From positions 26,572-90,571 of the forward strand of contig JAADHC010000052.1 of assembly GCA_013152085.1 (NCBI GenBank): a DNA stretch of 64,000 bases, in the 5' to 3' direction. A model generated the notes under the pieces. The model ran no database searches, was not told the DNA's origin, and saw nothing but the letters and a program-made list of their open reading frames with translations. The position numbers and the translations under genes were made by a program. Origin of the DNA: Chlorobiota bacterium. GTDB taxonomy: Bacteria; Bacteroidota; Bacteroidia; Bacteroidales; VadinHA17. This document shows, in pieces, positions 10,133 through 20,209 of this stretch. Numbering within the stretch: the first letter of the stretch is position 1; every line of letters begins with the position of its first letter.

Positions 10133-10909
10133 CTAATACCTGATTACATAATGTTGACGGGAAAGTTCCGGTTTGAAAAACAACATACCGATTTGCAACA
10201 AATCGAGGGATAAGGTAACTCCGGGAATATTCCGTACTTTTTTCCATCCTTCCTCCATATCTTTATTCCAGTGGATATCGTCGAGTATAACACATGCCCC
10301 GGGGTTCAGATGTATACTTATTTGTTCGAGATATTGCATCAGGGCCTCACCCCTGTGGTCTCCGTCGATAAAAACCAGATCAAAAGGTTTATTTTCCGTT
10401 AATATATCCGGAAGCACCTCCGTGAATTTTCCGTCCGCCACACGAATCCGCTCCAGGGATAGTTTCCTGAAGTTCTCCTTTGCCCGGTTGCCAAGGAGCG
10501 GATCGCCTTCGAGGGTGAGTACGGTTGTATCGCGGTTTCCCATGGCAAGATACATTGTTCCGATTCCAAGGGATGTTCCCAGTTCCAGAATTCGTTGTGG
10601 TTTAAGATAACTACTCACCCGGAATAACAACTTTCCGTATTTTGGGCGGATGGCGGAGGTTTTTACAATATGACGAAAAGAAGTTCTGATCTCTTTTTGG
10701 TAACCGGCACCAAAATCCACCCTTTCCGTTGTATCCGTTAGCTGCTTCATCTTATCGCGGATATGTGCAATCTTTTTGTATTCAGGATATTCCGTTTTAT
10801 CAAGAAACACTTCTCTGATAAGATGATATAAAAAAGGGCTGTGTATCCCATAGCCATATTTATGGCGCGATAACAACACATACCGGACAACCGATGTGAA
10901 CCTGGCCAT
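10133..10909 (-). CDS. Class I SAM-dependent methyltransferase (O-methyltransferase-like)
   Basis: 258 aa. Motif I-like ILELGTSLGIGTMYLA, and later FDLVFIDGDH, typical of family-3 O-methyltransferases. Confidence 0.7.
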   Translation of the reverse strand: MARFTSVVRYVLLSRHKYGYGIHSPFLYHLIREVFLDKTEYPEYKKIAHIRDKMKQLTDTTERVDFGAGYQKEIRTSFRHIVKTSAIRPKYGKLLFRVSSYLKPQRILELGTSLGIGTMYLAMGNRDTTVLTLEGDPLLGNRAKENFRKLSLERIRVADGKFTEVLPDILTENKPFDLVFIDGDHRGEALMQYLEQISIHLNPGACVILDDIHWNKDMEEGWKKVRNIPGVTLSLDLLQIGMLFFKPELSRQHYVIRY

Positions 10910-11184
10910 GGAAATGATTTACAGAATATACAAATATAGACAACGGGAAAGGATTTTTTATTCCTGCAAGGGAAAAGAAAATCATATCCCAGGAATATTT
11001 CTCATTTAATTCCAACCTTAACCAGTACAGTATCTGACGAAACATGCTGAAGAAAGGATGGACACTGTTGAAGCCGGAAAAAAGAGACGGAGGGACAGTA
11101 TCTTATATCCTGAAATAGTTTGAAAATAAATGTAAATATATAATAGAGAGGAGCTAAGGTATGATAAAGCCGGACAGGTAAGAA

Positions 11185-11259
11185 CTACGTAGATATTTCT
11201 TTTTAACTACGTAGTTCTTAAATTTTATCTACGTAGTTCCTATTGAGTTATCTACGTAG
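11185..11259. repeat. Array of four copies of the 8-bp palindrome CTACGTAG at 22/22/23-bp spacing
   Basis: CTACGTAG at 11185-11192, 11207-11214, 11229-11236 and 11252-11259. Site 2 extends to the 12-bp palindrome AACTACGTAGTT. Site 4 extends to the 16-bp palindrome TTATCTACGTAGATAA (11248-11263). Confidence 0.9.
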
Positions 11260-11478
11260 ATAATAAAAAAATCAGGGAGAATCAAATTCAGCCCGGCGGA
11301 AAAGCTGGCAGGCTGTGCCGCCCCTTCACCTTTCAGCGTGACGATAAATCGGCATCCAGACAGCGTGGAGGCAAAAAAACATTTATCTCTCTCAGGAATA
11401 AAATTTCATTTCGTTTCCGTATCCTGTTTTTTTCAGCCGAAAGTTCTTCTACCTTTGTATAGAAGATCAGTGAAACCT

Positions 11479-13584
11479 ATGGCAGATATACTTCAGCAAG
11501 AGATAAAATACCTTCCCGGCGTAGGACCAAAACGTGCAGAACTGCTGAACAGAGAGCTGGGCATCTCCACCTTTTACGACCTGCTGCATTATTTCCCCTA
11601 TAAATATATTGACCGGACAAAATTCTACAAAATCAATGAATTACGTGGGGATATGCCCTATGTGCAGCTTCTTGGAAAGATCATGAACATCGCAGTAACC
11701 GGCCCGCCTCGTAAGAAAAGGCTGGTAGCTACATTTACCGACGGTACCGGAACCATTGATCTCATCTGGTTTCAGGGGATCAAATGGATGAAAGATGCTT
11801 TCCCGCAAAACAAAACCTATGTTGTTTTTGGTAAACCCACCGTTTTCAGCGGGAAGATCAACCTGGTTCATCCCGAAATTGAAGAAGAGGAAAAAATCAA
11901 TAAGCGCTTAAATGCTGCTTTACAGGCACAGTACAGTACCACGGAAAATCTGAAAAAGAACTTTTTAACCTCGCGGGTCATCCATAAGTTACAAAACACA
12001 CTGCTGCAACAGACGCTTGATGCAATTCCCGAGACATTACCTCACAAGCTGAAAGAACAATTGGTTTTGATTTCACGAAAAGAAGCCTTACTGCATATTC
12101 ATTATCCGGCCGACAATGAATGGCTCAGAAAAGCACGGTTTCGGCTCAAATTCGAAGAATTGTTTTTTATTCAGCTAAATCTGCTTAAGCAAAAGGTTTA
12201 CCGCGACCGCCATTTTAAAGGATATATCTTTGATAAGGTTGGCTATTTCCTGAATACTTTTTATAAAGAGAAACTTACTTTTTCGTTAACCGGTGCCCAG
12301 AAAAGGGTTGTAAAGGAGATCCGCCGTGATTTAGGCTCGGGCAAACAAATGAACCGGCTGCTGCAGGGAGATGTTGGAAGCGGTAAAACACTGGTGGCAC
12401 TGATGACTATGCTCATCGCTGCAGATAACGGGTTCCAGAGCTGTCTTATGGCCCCTACCGAAATCCTGGCACGCCAGCATTTTTTCACAATTTCCAAATG
12501 GATCGAAGGCCTGGGAATCAACGTTGCGCTACTTACCGGATCAACGAAAAAAAGTGACCGGGAAAAGTTACATCCGCAATTACGTGAAGGAAAGGTTCAT
12601 ATCCTGATTGGTACGCATGCTCTCCTGGAAGATGAAGTTCAGTTTAAGAAGCTGGGTTTTGTCGTCGTAGACGAACAACACCGCTTCGGTGTGGCACAAC
12701 GTGCCCGCTTGTGGGAAAAAAGCGAACTTCTGCCACACGTCCTGGTTATGACAGCCACACCCATCCCCCGGACACTGGCCATGACCCTGTATGGCGACCT
12801 GGATGTATCCGTCATCGATGAGATGCCTCCCGGCAGGAAACCTGTAAAAACACTGATGTTTACCGACAGCAAAAGATTACGTATGTTCAGTTTCCTGCGG
12901 CAACAAATCGCTGAAGGCCGTCAGATATATGTTGTATATCCACTGATCAGGGAATCGGAGACCATGGATTATAAGGATCTTGAAGACGGCTATGCCAGTA
13001 TTGTCGAAGCTTTCCCGCCTCCCCGGTATGCCGTCAGTGTGGTACATGGTAAGATGAAACCCGAAGAAAAAGATGTTTCGATGAAATATTTTATCAGCGG
13101 GAAAACCCATATTATGGTAGCAACCACAGTTATCGAAGTTGGTGTTGATATTCCCAATGCTTCGGTGATGGTCATCGAAAGTGCAGAGAGGTTCGGCCTG
13201 TCTCAACTGCACCAGTTGCGTGGCAGGGTTGGCCGGGGTGCTGACCAGTCGTACTGTATCCTTATGGTTTCGCATAAGTTAACACACGAAGCACGGAAAC
13301 GGCTGGAAATTATGCTCGAAACCACGGATGGATTCCGTATCGCCGACGCAGACCTGAAGATTCGCGGACCCGGCGATCTGGAAGGCACCCAGCAAAGCGG
13401 CATTCCTTTTACCCTGCATATCGCAAACCTGGCCCAGGACGGTCAGATACTGCAACTGGCCCGCGAATCGGCAGAAAAAATTCTGGAAGAAGACCCGGAA
13501 CTTAGCCTGCCATATCATAAGATGCTGGTGATACAATTAAGAAAATTATCAGCCACTCAAAAAAATTACAGCCGGATCAGTTAA
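11479..13584 (+). CDS. recG: ATP-dependent DNA helicase RecG
   Basis: ORF 11338..13584 starts at a GTG. Start moved to ATG 11479 (MADILQQEIKYLPGVGPKRAELL, the typical RecG N-terminus). Wedge domain, Walker A GDVGSGKT, DEQHRFG box, QLHQLRGRVGRG. Confidence 0.92.
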   Translation: MADILQQEIKYLPGVGPKRAELLNRELGISTFYDLLHYFPYKYIDRTKFYKINELRGDMPYVQLLGKIMNIAVTGPPRKKRLVATFTDGTGTIDLIWFQGIKWMKDAFPQNKTYVVFGKPTVFSGKINLVHPEIEEEEKINKRLNAALQAQYSTTENLKKNFLTSRVIHKLQNTLLQQTLDAIPETLPHKLKEQLVLISRKEALLHIHYPADNEWLRKARFRLKFEELFFIQLNLLKQKVYRDRHFKGYIFDKVGYFLNTFYKEKLTFSLTGAQKRVVKEIRRDLGSGKQMNRLLQGDVGSGKTLVALMTMLIAADNGFQSCLMAPTEILARQHFFTISKWIEGLGINVALLTGSTKKSDREKLHPQLREGKVHILIGTHALLEDEVQFKKLGFVVVDEQHRFGVAQRARLWEKSELLPHVLVMTATPIPRTLAMTLYGDLDVSVIDEMPPGRKPVKTLMFTDSKRLRMFSFLRQQIAEGRQIYVVYPLIRESETMDYKDLEDGYASIVEAFPPPRYAVSVVHGKMKPEEKDVSMKYFISGKTHIMVATTVIEVGVDIPNASVMVIESAERFGLSQLHQLRGRVGRGADQSYCILMVSHKLTHEARKRLEIMLETTDGFRIADADLKIRGPGDLEGTQQSGIPFTLHIANLAQDGQILQLARESAEKILEEDPELSLPYHKMLVIQLRKLSATQKNYSRIS

Positions 13585-13779
13585 TCCACAGGTGTCCGTA
13601 ACAGTCTTGTTTATTACCTTTGTCTTTTTCTGAACCGGCCTGTTTAATAACCATATTCGTGTTCATCTATGTATATACTTCATTATTTAAATCAAGAATA
13701 AATTAGCCGTTTATGTGCTAAAAATGACAAGAATCAATATCAAACGACATGAACAATTTTATTTTTGCCTGCGTTTCCA

Positions 13780-14214
13780 ATGTCCCGTGATATGGATAGC
13801 GAAAGAATTATTGAACATGAGGGTACGGTAAAGCAAATCCATGACGGCAGGATCACGGTAGGTTTTATAGCCAAATCTGCATGTGCAACGTGCCATTTAA
13901 AAGGGTTCTGTTCAGCATCCGATTTACAGGATAAGGAAGTGGAAGTCTGGCAGGGCGATCATCAGGTAACGGTCGGTGAAAAAGTCAACATTGTACTTGC
14001 ACAAAAACTGGGGATCAAGGCACTTATGATTGGTTATATTTTTCCTTTCTTTCTTGTTATCATAGCCTTATTTGTTTCGTATTTGATTACTGATGATGAA
14101 CTGGTCATCGGGTTGATTTCCCTGGCCGTTCTCATACCTTACTATTGGGGATTGTATCTTTTAAGGTCCAGGATCGGAAAAAAGTATAACTTTCAAATTC
14201 GCAAATTGGTTTAA
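13780..14214 (+). CDS. RseC/MucC-family (SoxR-reducing system) small membrane protein preceding rnf
   Basis: EHEGTVKQI..ACATCHLKGFC followed by two TM helices is the RseC pattern, in the usual position ahead of rnfB. The start is uncertain (ATG 13780 or 13792; the track ORF begins at a TTG at 13765). Confidence 0.75.
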   Translation: MSRDMDSERIIEHEGTVKQIHDGRITVGFIAKSACATCHLKGFCSASDLQDKEVEVWQGDHQVTVGEKVNIVLAQKLGIKALMIGYIFPFFLVIIALFVSYLITDDELVIGLISLAVLIPYYWGLYLLRSRIGKKYNFQIRKLV

Positions 14215-14225
14215 ACCGGTCGTAT

Positions 14226-15137
14226 ATGAGTCAGGTTGTTTTATACACGATTATTACACTGAGTACGGTAGGTGTTGTATCAGCCATCATTCTTTACTTT
14301 ACTGCACAGAAATTCAAGGTATATGAAGATCCCCGGATCGACCAGGTGGATGAAGCGCTCCCTCATGCCAATTGTGGAGGATGCGGATTCCCGGGATGCC
14401 GCAGTTTTGCAGAAGCCTGCGTTAAAGCAGAAACACTTGATGATCTTTTCTGCCCTGTTGGTGGTAATGAAACCATGGCCGGGGTAGCACATATTCTGGG
14501 GAAAGAAGTTGTCGAAGCCGAGCCGAGGGTAGCCGTAGTCCGCTGCCAGGGATCTTTCGAATACCGCCCCCGTACAAATCATTATGAAGGAGTATCCAGC
14601 TGTGCGGTAGAACACAGTCTTTACACCGGCGATACCGATTGTCCTTATGGTTGCCTTGGCCAGGGAGATTGTGTCGAAGCCTGTGCATTCGATGCCATGT
14701 ATATGGATGAAGAAACAGGACTTCCCGTAATCATAGATGCTAAATGTGTTGCCTGTGGCGCCTGTGTCGAGGCATGCCCCCGCGACATCATTGAACTCAG
14801 AAAACGAAATAAAAAAGACCGTAAGATTTTCGTTTCCTGCGTAAATCACGATAAAGGAGGGATTGCAAAACAATATTGTTCCGTGGCCTGTATCGGCTGT
14901 ACCAAATGTGTTAAGGAATGCCGGTACGATGCGATTTCCATGGATACCTATCTTGCGTTTATTGACAGCGATAAATGTGTTTTATGCCGGAAATGTGTGA
15001 CGGTTTGCCCGACAGTATCCATTCTTGAAATAAACTTTCCTCCGCGCAGGATAAAAACCGAAGCGGTTGCTGCTGAGAAAACATCTTTAACCCGGGAATC
15101 CGGCAAAATATCCGATAATTCCGATTCATTAAAATAG
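14226..15137 (+). CDS. rnfB: Rnf electron transport complex subunit B
   Basis: N-terminal TM helix, CGGCGFPGC motif, then several 4Fe-4S ferredoxin motifs (CVACGACVEACP, CIGCTKCVKEC, CVLCRKCVTVCP). Confidence 0.9.
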   Translation: MSQVVLYTIITLSTVGVVSAIILYFTAQKFKVYEDPRIDQVDEALPHANCGGCGFPGCRSFAEACVKAETLDDLFCPVGGNETMAGVAHILGKEVVEAEPRVAVVRCQGSFEYRPRTNHYEGVSSCAVEHSLYTGDTDCPYGCLGQGDCVEACAFDAMYMDEETGLPVIIDAKCVACGACVEACPRDIIELRKRNKKDRKIFVSCVNHDKGGIAKQYCSVACIGCTKCVKECRYDAISMDTYLAFIDSDKCVLCRKCVTVCPTVSILEINFPPRRIKTEAVAAEKTSLTRESGKISDNSDSLK

Positions 15138-15145
15138 AAAATACA

Positions 15146-16495
15146 GTGCAAAATACCAAATACAGAACATTTCCCCGCGGTGGTATTCATCCGCCGGAAT
15201 GGAAACTTTCTGCAGGAGAACCCATAAAAGAAATTTCTGCTCCCGCGAGGGTTATTATTCCGCTGACACAGCACCTCGGGGCACCGGCTGTACCTGTCGT
15301 TGAAAGGGGTACTGCGGTAGTTACCGGACAACTGCTTGCCCAGGGCCAGGGTTTTGTATCTGCCAACATTCATACGCCCGTTTCAGGAAAAGTTATTAAA
15401 ATCGATGCCGCGATTGATGCTTCCGGTTATAAACGAACTGCCATCATCATCGATGTTGACGGAGATGAATGGGATTCAACCATAGATCGTAGTCCCTCGT
15501 TAAATAAAAATATTCGGGATTCGCGTGAAGAAATTATCAGAAAAGTTCAGGATGCCGGCATTGTGGGTATGGGGGGGGCAACATTCCCTACCCATGTCAA
15601 ACTCAGGGTACCAAAAGGGAAAAAAGCAGATATGCTCATTATTAACGGGGTGGAATGTGAGCCATTCCTTACCGCCGACCACCGTCTGATGCTGGAAAAA
15701 GGGAATGAACTGATGATCGGAGTTCGCCTGATCATGAAAGCACTTGAAGTTAAAAATGCCGTCATTGGAATTGAGGAAAATAAAGACGATGCTATTGAAT
15801 ATCTTTCCGGCCTGGCCGAAAAACAACCGGGCATATCGGTGCAAACTTTGAAAGTAAAATATCCCCAGGGAGGTGAAAAACAACTGATCAAAGCTGTCAC
15901 CGGAAGGGAAGTGCCCGGCGGAGGCCTTCCGGTTGACGTGGGAGTCGTTGTACATAATGTAGGGACAACCTTTGCGGTTTATGAAGCGGTACAGAAAAAC
16001 AAACCGTTGATTGAACGGATCGTAACGGTTACGGGACGCAGTTTGTCCACCCCTTCAAATTTTCTTGTCCGGATCGGAACTCCCGTTTCAAAGCTGATTG
16101 ACGCTGCCGGAGGCCTTCCCGAAGATACCGGGAAAGTCGTTCTTGGCGGGCCAATGATGGGAAAAGCCATCAACAATCTGGATATCCCGGTAACAAAAGG
16201 AACCTCCGGGGTTCTGTTCCTGCCGGCAGATGAATCACATCGTGAAAAGGCGGATCCCTGCATTCGTTGTTCCAAATGTATTTCTGTTTGTCCGATGGGC
16301 CTTGAACCGTATCTTCTGATGCCGCTGGCTGAATATAAACTTTGGGATAAAGCTGAGAAAGAAAAGGTAATGGATTGTATTGAGTGCGGTTCATGCAGTT
16401 ATACCTGCCCGGCCCACCGTCCGCTTCTGGATTACATCCGGCTTGGAAAAATGCAGGTCGGGCAATTAATTCGCAAGCGCAAACAGACCGTTTAA
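15146..16495 (+). CDS. rnfC: Rnf electron transport complex subunit C
   Basis: 449 aa with a GTG start. GIVGMGGATFPTHVK, INGVECEP, and two ferredoxin motifs CIRCSKCISVCP / CIECGSCSYTCP. Confidence 0.9.
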   Translation: MQNTKYRTFPRGGIHPPEWKLSAGEPIKEISAPARVIIPLTQHLGAPAVPVVERGTAVVTGQLLAQGQGFVSANIHTPVSGKVIKIDAAIDASGYKRTAIIIDVDGDEWDSTIDRSPSLNKNIRDSREEIIRKVQDAGIVGMGGATFPTHVKLRVPKGKKADMLIINGVECEPFLTADHRLMLEKGNELMIGVRLIMKALEVKNAVIGIEENKDDAIEYLSGLAEKQPGISVQTLKVKYPQGGEKQLIKAVTGREVPGGGLPVDVGVVVHNVGTTFAVYEAVQKNKPLIERIVTVTGRSLSTPSNFLVRIGTPVSKLIDAAGGLPEDTGKVVLGGPMMGKAINNLDIPVTKGTSGVLFLPADESHREKADPCIRCSKCISVCPMGLEPYLLMPLAEYKLWDKAEKEKVMDCIECGSCSYTCPAHRPLLDYIRLGKMQVGQLIRKRKQTV

Positions 16496-16511
16496 CAAGA
16501 AAACCTTAAAA

Positions 16512-17510
16512 ATGGATAAAAAACTCCTGACCGTTTCTCTCTCCCCACACCTGCATGGTAAAGAGACAACATCGAAACTAATGACCGGCGTAGTCGTTGC
16601 CCTCATCCCGGCCTGGCTTGTTTCGGTATATTTCTTCGGATGGGATGCTGTCATCGTCCCGGTAGTATCCATTGGTTCCAGTGTTTTGTTTGAGTTTCTC
16701 ATCCAGAAATATTTACTAGGGAAAAAATCTTCTATTCAGGACGGATCGGCTATTGTTACAGGCTTTCTGCTAGCCATGACCCTGCCCTCCAATATTTCAC
16801 CGTGGCTGGTAATCCTCGGTGCACTGGTTGCCATAGGTGTCGGGAAAATGTCCTTTGGAGGGCTGGGAAACAACCCATTTAATCCCGCACTCGTAGGTCG
16901 CGTTTTTCTTTTTATTTCTTTTCCTGTGCAATTAACACGGTACCCGAATCCGAATCATATAATCATTAGCGATGCCGTTTCCGGTGCCACACCCCTTGGT
17001 CTGCTCAAAGAAGGGATGCGTAACGGAGAAGCCGTTTCCGGATTGCTTGACCAGGTTCCGTCACATATGCAAATGTTTATAGGTGCCATGAGTGGATCGA
17101 TGGGTGAAATTGCCGCAGCGGCTATTTTACTTGGATTTATCTATCTGTTGGTTAAAAAAATCATCACCTGGCATATCCCGGTAACCATTCTTACCACCGT
17201 TTTCCTGTTTGCCGGGATTCTCTGGCTGGCAAATCCCCGGAACAATGCAGACCCGTTATTTCATTTACTAACCGGTGGTTTAATGCTGGGATCTGTTTTT
17301 ATGGCAACCGATTATGTCACTTCGCCCATGTCGAAAAAAGGCATGATCTATTATGGTATAGGTATAGGACTCATAACGGTAATCATCAGACGTTATGGAG
17401 CTTATCCCGAAGGGGTTCAGTTTGCGATCCTGATCATGAACGCTTTTGTCCCGATTATCAATATGTATATAAAACCCAAACGTTTCGGGGAGGTTAAAAA
17501 AAATGGCTAA
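16512..17510 (+). CDS. rnfD: Rnf electron transport complex subunit D
   Basis: Polytopic membrane protein with an SPH..-type N-terminus, the FMN-attachment-type motif SGATPLG, and NqrB/RnfD-like helices. Confidence 0.9.
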   Translation: MDKKLLTVSLSPHLHGKETTSKLMTGVVVALIPAWLVSVYFFGWDAVIVPVVSIGSSVLFEFLIQKYLLGKKSSIQDGSAIVTGFLLAMTLPSNISPWLVILGALVAIGVGKMSFGGLGNNPFNPALVGRVFLFISFPVQLTRYPNPNHIIISDAVSGATPLGLLKEGMRNGEAVSGLLDQVPSHMQMFIGAMSGSMGEIAAAAILLGFIYLLVKKIITWHIPVTILTTVFLFAGILWLANPRNNADPLFHLLTGGLMLGSVFMATDYVTSPMSKKGMIYYGIGIGLITVIIRRYGAYPEGVQFAILIMNAFVPIINMYIKPKRFGEVKKNG

Positions 17511-18081
17511 AAGAGAATCCACATTCGGTAATATGTTACTGGCCCTTACTGTAGTCACTCTGATATCCTCTGCTTCGCTGGGATTTGTTTATGAACTTAC
17601 CAAAGGGCCTATTGCTGCCGCAAAACTGGCTAAAAAAAATGAAGCATTGCAAAGTGTGCTTCCGGAATTCAATAATCATCCGGTTGAGGAAGTCTATAAA
17701 AAAGCCGTGGATGGGGATACACTCTATTTTTTCCCGGCCCGCCGGGACAGCCAGCTTGTCGGAACAGCTGTGGAAACATTTTCTCCCAAAGGTTTTGGCG
17801 GAACGATACGCCTTATGGTTGGTTTTTTACCCGACGGGACCATCAACAATGTTGCCGTTCTGGAACATAAAGAAACCCCGGGTCTGGGTGACAAAATGGA
17901 TCGTAAAAAATCGGACTGGAGTGTCCAGTTTGAAGGTAAAAACCCGAAAAACTTCAAACTTGCCGTTAAAAAAGACGGTGGCGATGTGCAAGCCATTACA
18001 GCTTCTACCATCAGTTCACGGGCTTTTTGTGATGCGGTGGAACGCGCTTATAATTCATTAATGAAAGGAGGTCAACAATGA
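17503..18081 (+). CDS. rnfG: Rnf electron transport complex subunit G
   Basis: Single N-terminal TM helix and an FMN-binding domain (GFGGTIRLMVG, ETPGLGDK, AITASTISSRA). Overlaps rnfD by 8 nt. Confidence 0.9.
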   Translation: MAKRESTFGNMLLALTVVTLISSASLGFVYELTKGPIAAAKLAKKNEALQSVLPEFNNHPVEEVYKKAVDGDTLYFFPARRDSQLVGTAVETFSPKGFGGTIRLMVGFLPDGTINNVAVLEHKETPGLGDKMDRKKSDWSVQFEGKNPKNFKLAVKKDGGDVQAITASTISSRAFCDAVERAYNSLMKGGQQ

Positions 18082-18665
18082 ATCAGTGGAACAATTTCTC
18101 CAAAGGAATTTTTAAAGAGAATGCTGTATTCGTACAGGTTCTCGGTATGTGTCCCACCCTCGGGGTTACAACTTCAGCCTATAACGGTCTGGGGATGGGG
18201 CTTGCCACCACATTTGTTTTGCTTATGAGTAATATTGTCGTTTCCATGGTAAAAGGATTCATCCCGGATAAGGTCAGGATACCTGCTTATATTGTTATTA
18301 TCGCATCTTTCGTCACCATTGTGGAACTCATCATGCAGGCTTTTGTTCCTGTACTGTTCGACGAGCTCGGGTTATTTATTCCCCTGATTGTTGTAAACTG
18401 CCTGGTACTGGGACGTTCAGAAGCCTTTGCTTCAAAAAACAATGTTCTGTCTTCTGCTGTTGACGGCCTTGGCATGGGACTTGGATTTACACTGGCCCTG
18501 TTCATGCTGGGCAGTATCAGGGAACTTCTGGGCAGCGGAGCCTGGCTTGGCATAAAATTTATCCATGGCGATGGTATGCTGCTCTTTATCCTGGCTCCCG
18601 GAGCTTTCATTGCCCTCGCCTATCTGATTGCCATTATGAACAGAGTGAATCGTAGAAACGCATAA
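18078..18665 (+). CDS. rnfE: Rnf electron transport complex subunit E
   Basis: NqrD/RnfE-like membrane protein (ENAVFVQVLGMCPTLGVT, LIVVNC). ATGA overlap with rnfG. Confidence 0.9.
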   Translation: MNQWNNFSKGIFKENAVFVQVLGMCPTLGVTTSAYNGLGMGLATTFVLLMSNIVVSMVKGFIPDKVRIPAYIVIIASFVTIVELIMQAFVPVLFDELGLFIPLIVVNCLVLGRSEAFASKNNVLSSAVDGLGMGLGFTLALFMLGSIRELLGSGAWLGIKFIHGDGMLLFILAPGAFIALAYLIAIMNRVNRRNA

Positions 18666-18676
18666 ACACATTAACT

Positions 18677-19249
18677 ATGGAATATATTATCATCTTTATT
18701 TCAGCCATTTTTGTAAATAATATCGTTCTTGCCAAATTCCTGGGCATCTGTCCGTTTATAGGCGTTTCTTCCCGGCTTGAAACTTCGGTAGGAATGACCG
18801 GGGCTGTAGCTTTTGTGATGGTTATCGCCACTATTGTCACATACCTGATTCAGTATTATATCCTGAAACCTTTGAGTATCGGCTTTATGCAGACCATTAC
18901 TTTTATTCTCGTCATTGCAGCGCTGGTGCAGCTTGTCGAGATCATCCTGAAAAAAGTAAGTCCGGCTCTGTACCAGGCCCTGGGTATTTACCTGCCGCTC
19001 ATAACGACAAACTGTGCCGTGTTGGGTGTAGCCATCCTTACGATACAAAATGGTTACAACCTGCCCGAAGCCGCCGTATTTTCCTTCGCAACAGCTATAG
19101 GCTTCGGTCTGGCGCTGGTACTTCTCTCCAGTATGCGCGAATCTCTTGATCTCGTTGATATCCCAAAAGGAATGAAGGGTATTCCCGTAGCTTTTATTAT
19201 TGCCGGAATATTATCGATGGCTTTTATGGGATTTGCAGGACTCGTATAA
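18677..19249 (+). CDS. rnfA: Rnf electron transport complex subunit A
   Basis: NqrE/RnfA-like membrane protein (NNIVLAKFLGICPF, LPLITTNCAVLG). Confidence 0.9.
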   Translation: MEYIIIFISAIFVNNIVLAKFLGICPFIGVSSRLETSVGMTGAVAFVMVIATIVTYLIQYYILKPLSIGFMQTITFILVIAALVQLVEIILKKVSPALYQALGIYLPLITTNCAVLGVAILTIQNGYNLPEAAVFSFATAIGFGLALVLLSSMRESLDLVDIPKGMKGIPVAFIIAGILSMAFMGFAGLV

Positions 19250-19335
19250 GATTATGTTGTAAATTGATATAACCGGGAGAGACGATCTCCTATGCTTTTT
19301 CATATAAGTCGACACAGCACAATAGGACTCTCTTG

Positions 19336-19357
19336 CAGATATCTATGGCGATATCTG
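19336..19357 (+). terminator. Candidate rnf operon terminator hairpin
   Basis: CAGATATC-tatggc-GATATCTG (8-bp stem) followed by a T-rich tgattatttctatttt, 87 nt after the rnfA stop. The T-run is imperfect. Confidence 0.3.
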
Positions 19358-19397
19358 TGATTATTTCTATTTTCACACGATAAAAAAGTTTCGGAAG

Positions 19398-20192
19398 ATG
19401 TATGATTTTCACCAGGATAAGAAACGTTATTACGAAATACAGTATAAAAATGCGCGACATTCTATTCTGCCATTTGTTCAACCCTTTCTGGACTTGAACC
19501 GTGAATGCCAAGTGATGGAAATCGGATCGGCTGAAGGAGGAAATCTGAAACCTTTCGCGGAAGCAGGCTGTACGTGTACCGGCATTGAGCTCAGTGCACC
19601 CCGTATTCAACTTGCCGAAGAATTTGCCAGCACACTGGTTAAAAAAGGGAAAATCCGGTTTATCCATAGTGATATCCATAACATCAATCCAGCAGATCAT
19701 CCTGAGATGCGCTTTGATCTTATTTTTCTGAAAGATGTGCTTGAGCATATTCATAACCAGGAAAAAATGATCCGTGCCCTGAAAGCATTTCTGAAACCCG
19801 GTGGTATTATCTTTTTCGGATTTCCATCCTGGTATATGCCGTTTGGCGGTCACCAGCAGATGTGCCACAGCCGTTTCCTGTCAAGGTTGCCCTGGATCCA
19901 TCTTTTGCCTATGCCGGCTTATAAAACCATTTTGCGGTGGATTAATCGTCATCCCCGGCAAAACGAAGGCCTTATTGAGATTAAAAAAACCGGAATTACC
20001 ATCCGGCGTTTCGAACGGATATGCCGAAGCGAAAAACTCATTATTCTGAAAAAACAGTTTTATCTGGTACCTCCGATATACATCTACAAATTCAATATAA
20101 AAACCAGGAAATTACCGGCCATAATAGGAAAAATCCCGCTATTGCGGGAATTTTTCACTACATCAGCCTACTATGTAATAAGTAATGAATAA
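19398..20192 (+). CDS. Class I SAM-dependent methyltransferase
   Basis: 264 aa. Motif I VMEIGSAEGGNL, post-I GIELS, and later LKPGGIIFF. Confidence 0.75.
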   Translation: MYDFHQDKKRYYEIQYKNARHSILPFVQPFLDLNRECQVMEIGSAEGGNLKPFAEAGCTCTGIELSAPRIQLAEEFASTLVKKGKIRFIHSDIHNINPADHPEMRFDLIFLKDVLEHIHNQEKMIRALKAFLKPGGIIFFGFPSWYMPFGGHQQMCHSRFLSRLPWIHLLPMPAYKTILRWINRHPRQNEGLIEIKKTGITIRRFERICRSEKLIILKKQFYLVPPIYIYKFNIKTRKLPAIIGKIPLLREFFTTSAYYVISNE

Positions 20193-20209
20193 TCTATCGG
20201 TAAGAAGGA

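Noticed and set aside
11185-11259. Possibility that the four regularly spaced repeats are a mini CRISPR array
   Set aside because: The repeat core is only 8-16 bp and the 'spacers' are about 14 bp. There are no cas genes nearby. The geometry fits protein-binding sites, not CRISPR.
11338-11478. N-terminal extensions in the ORF track: recG from GTG 11338, proS from 24446, 42008 and 42957 overlapping upstream genes, and the permease from 49131
   Set aside because: In each case an internal ATG gives the canonical family N-terminus or a signal/TM segment and removes the overlap with the upstream gene. The extensions have odd, non-conserved-looking sequence.
14280-14873. 197-aa - strand ORF inside rnfB
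   Set aside because: Antisense to the Cys-motif-rich RnfB frame. The same reasoning applies to the - strand ORFs within rnfC, rnfG, rnfE and rnfA, and to 19290..19868 opposite the methyltransferase.
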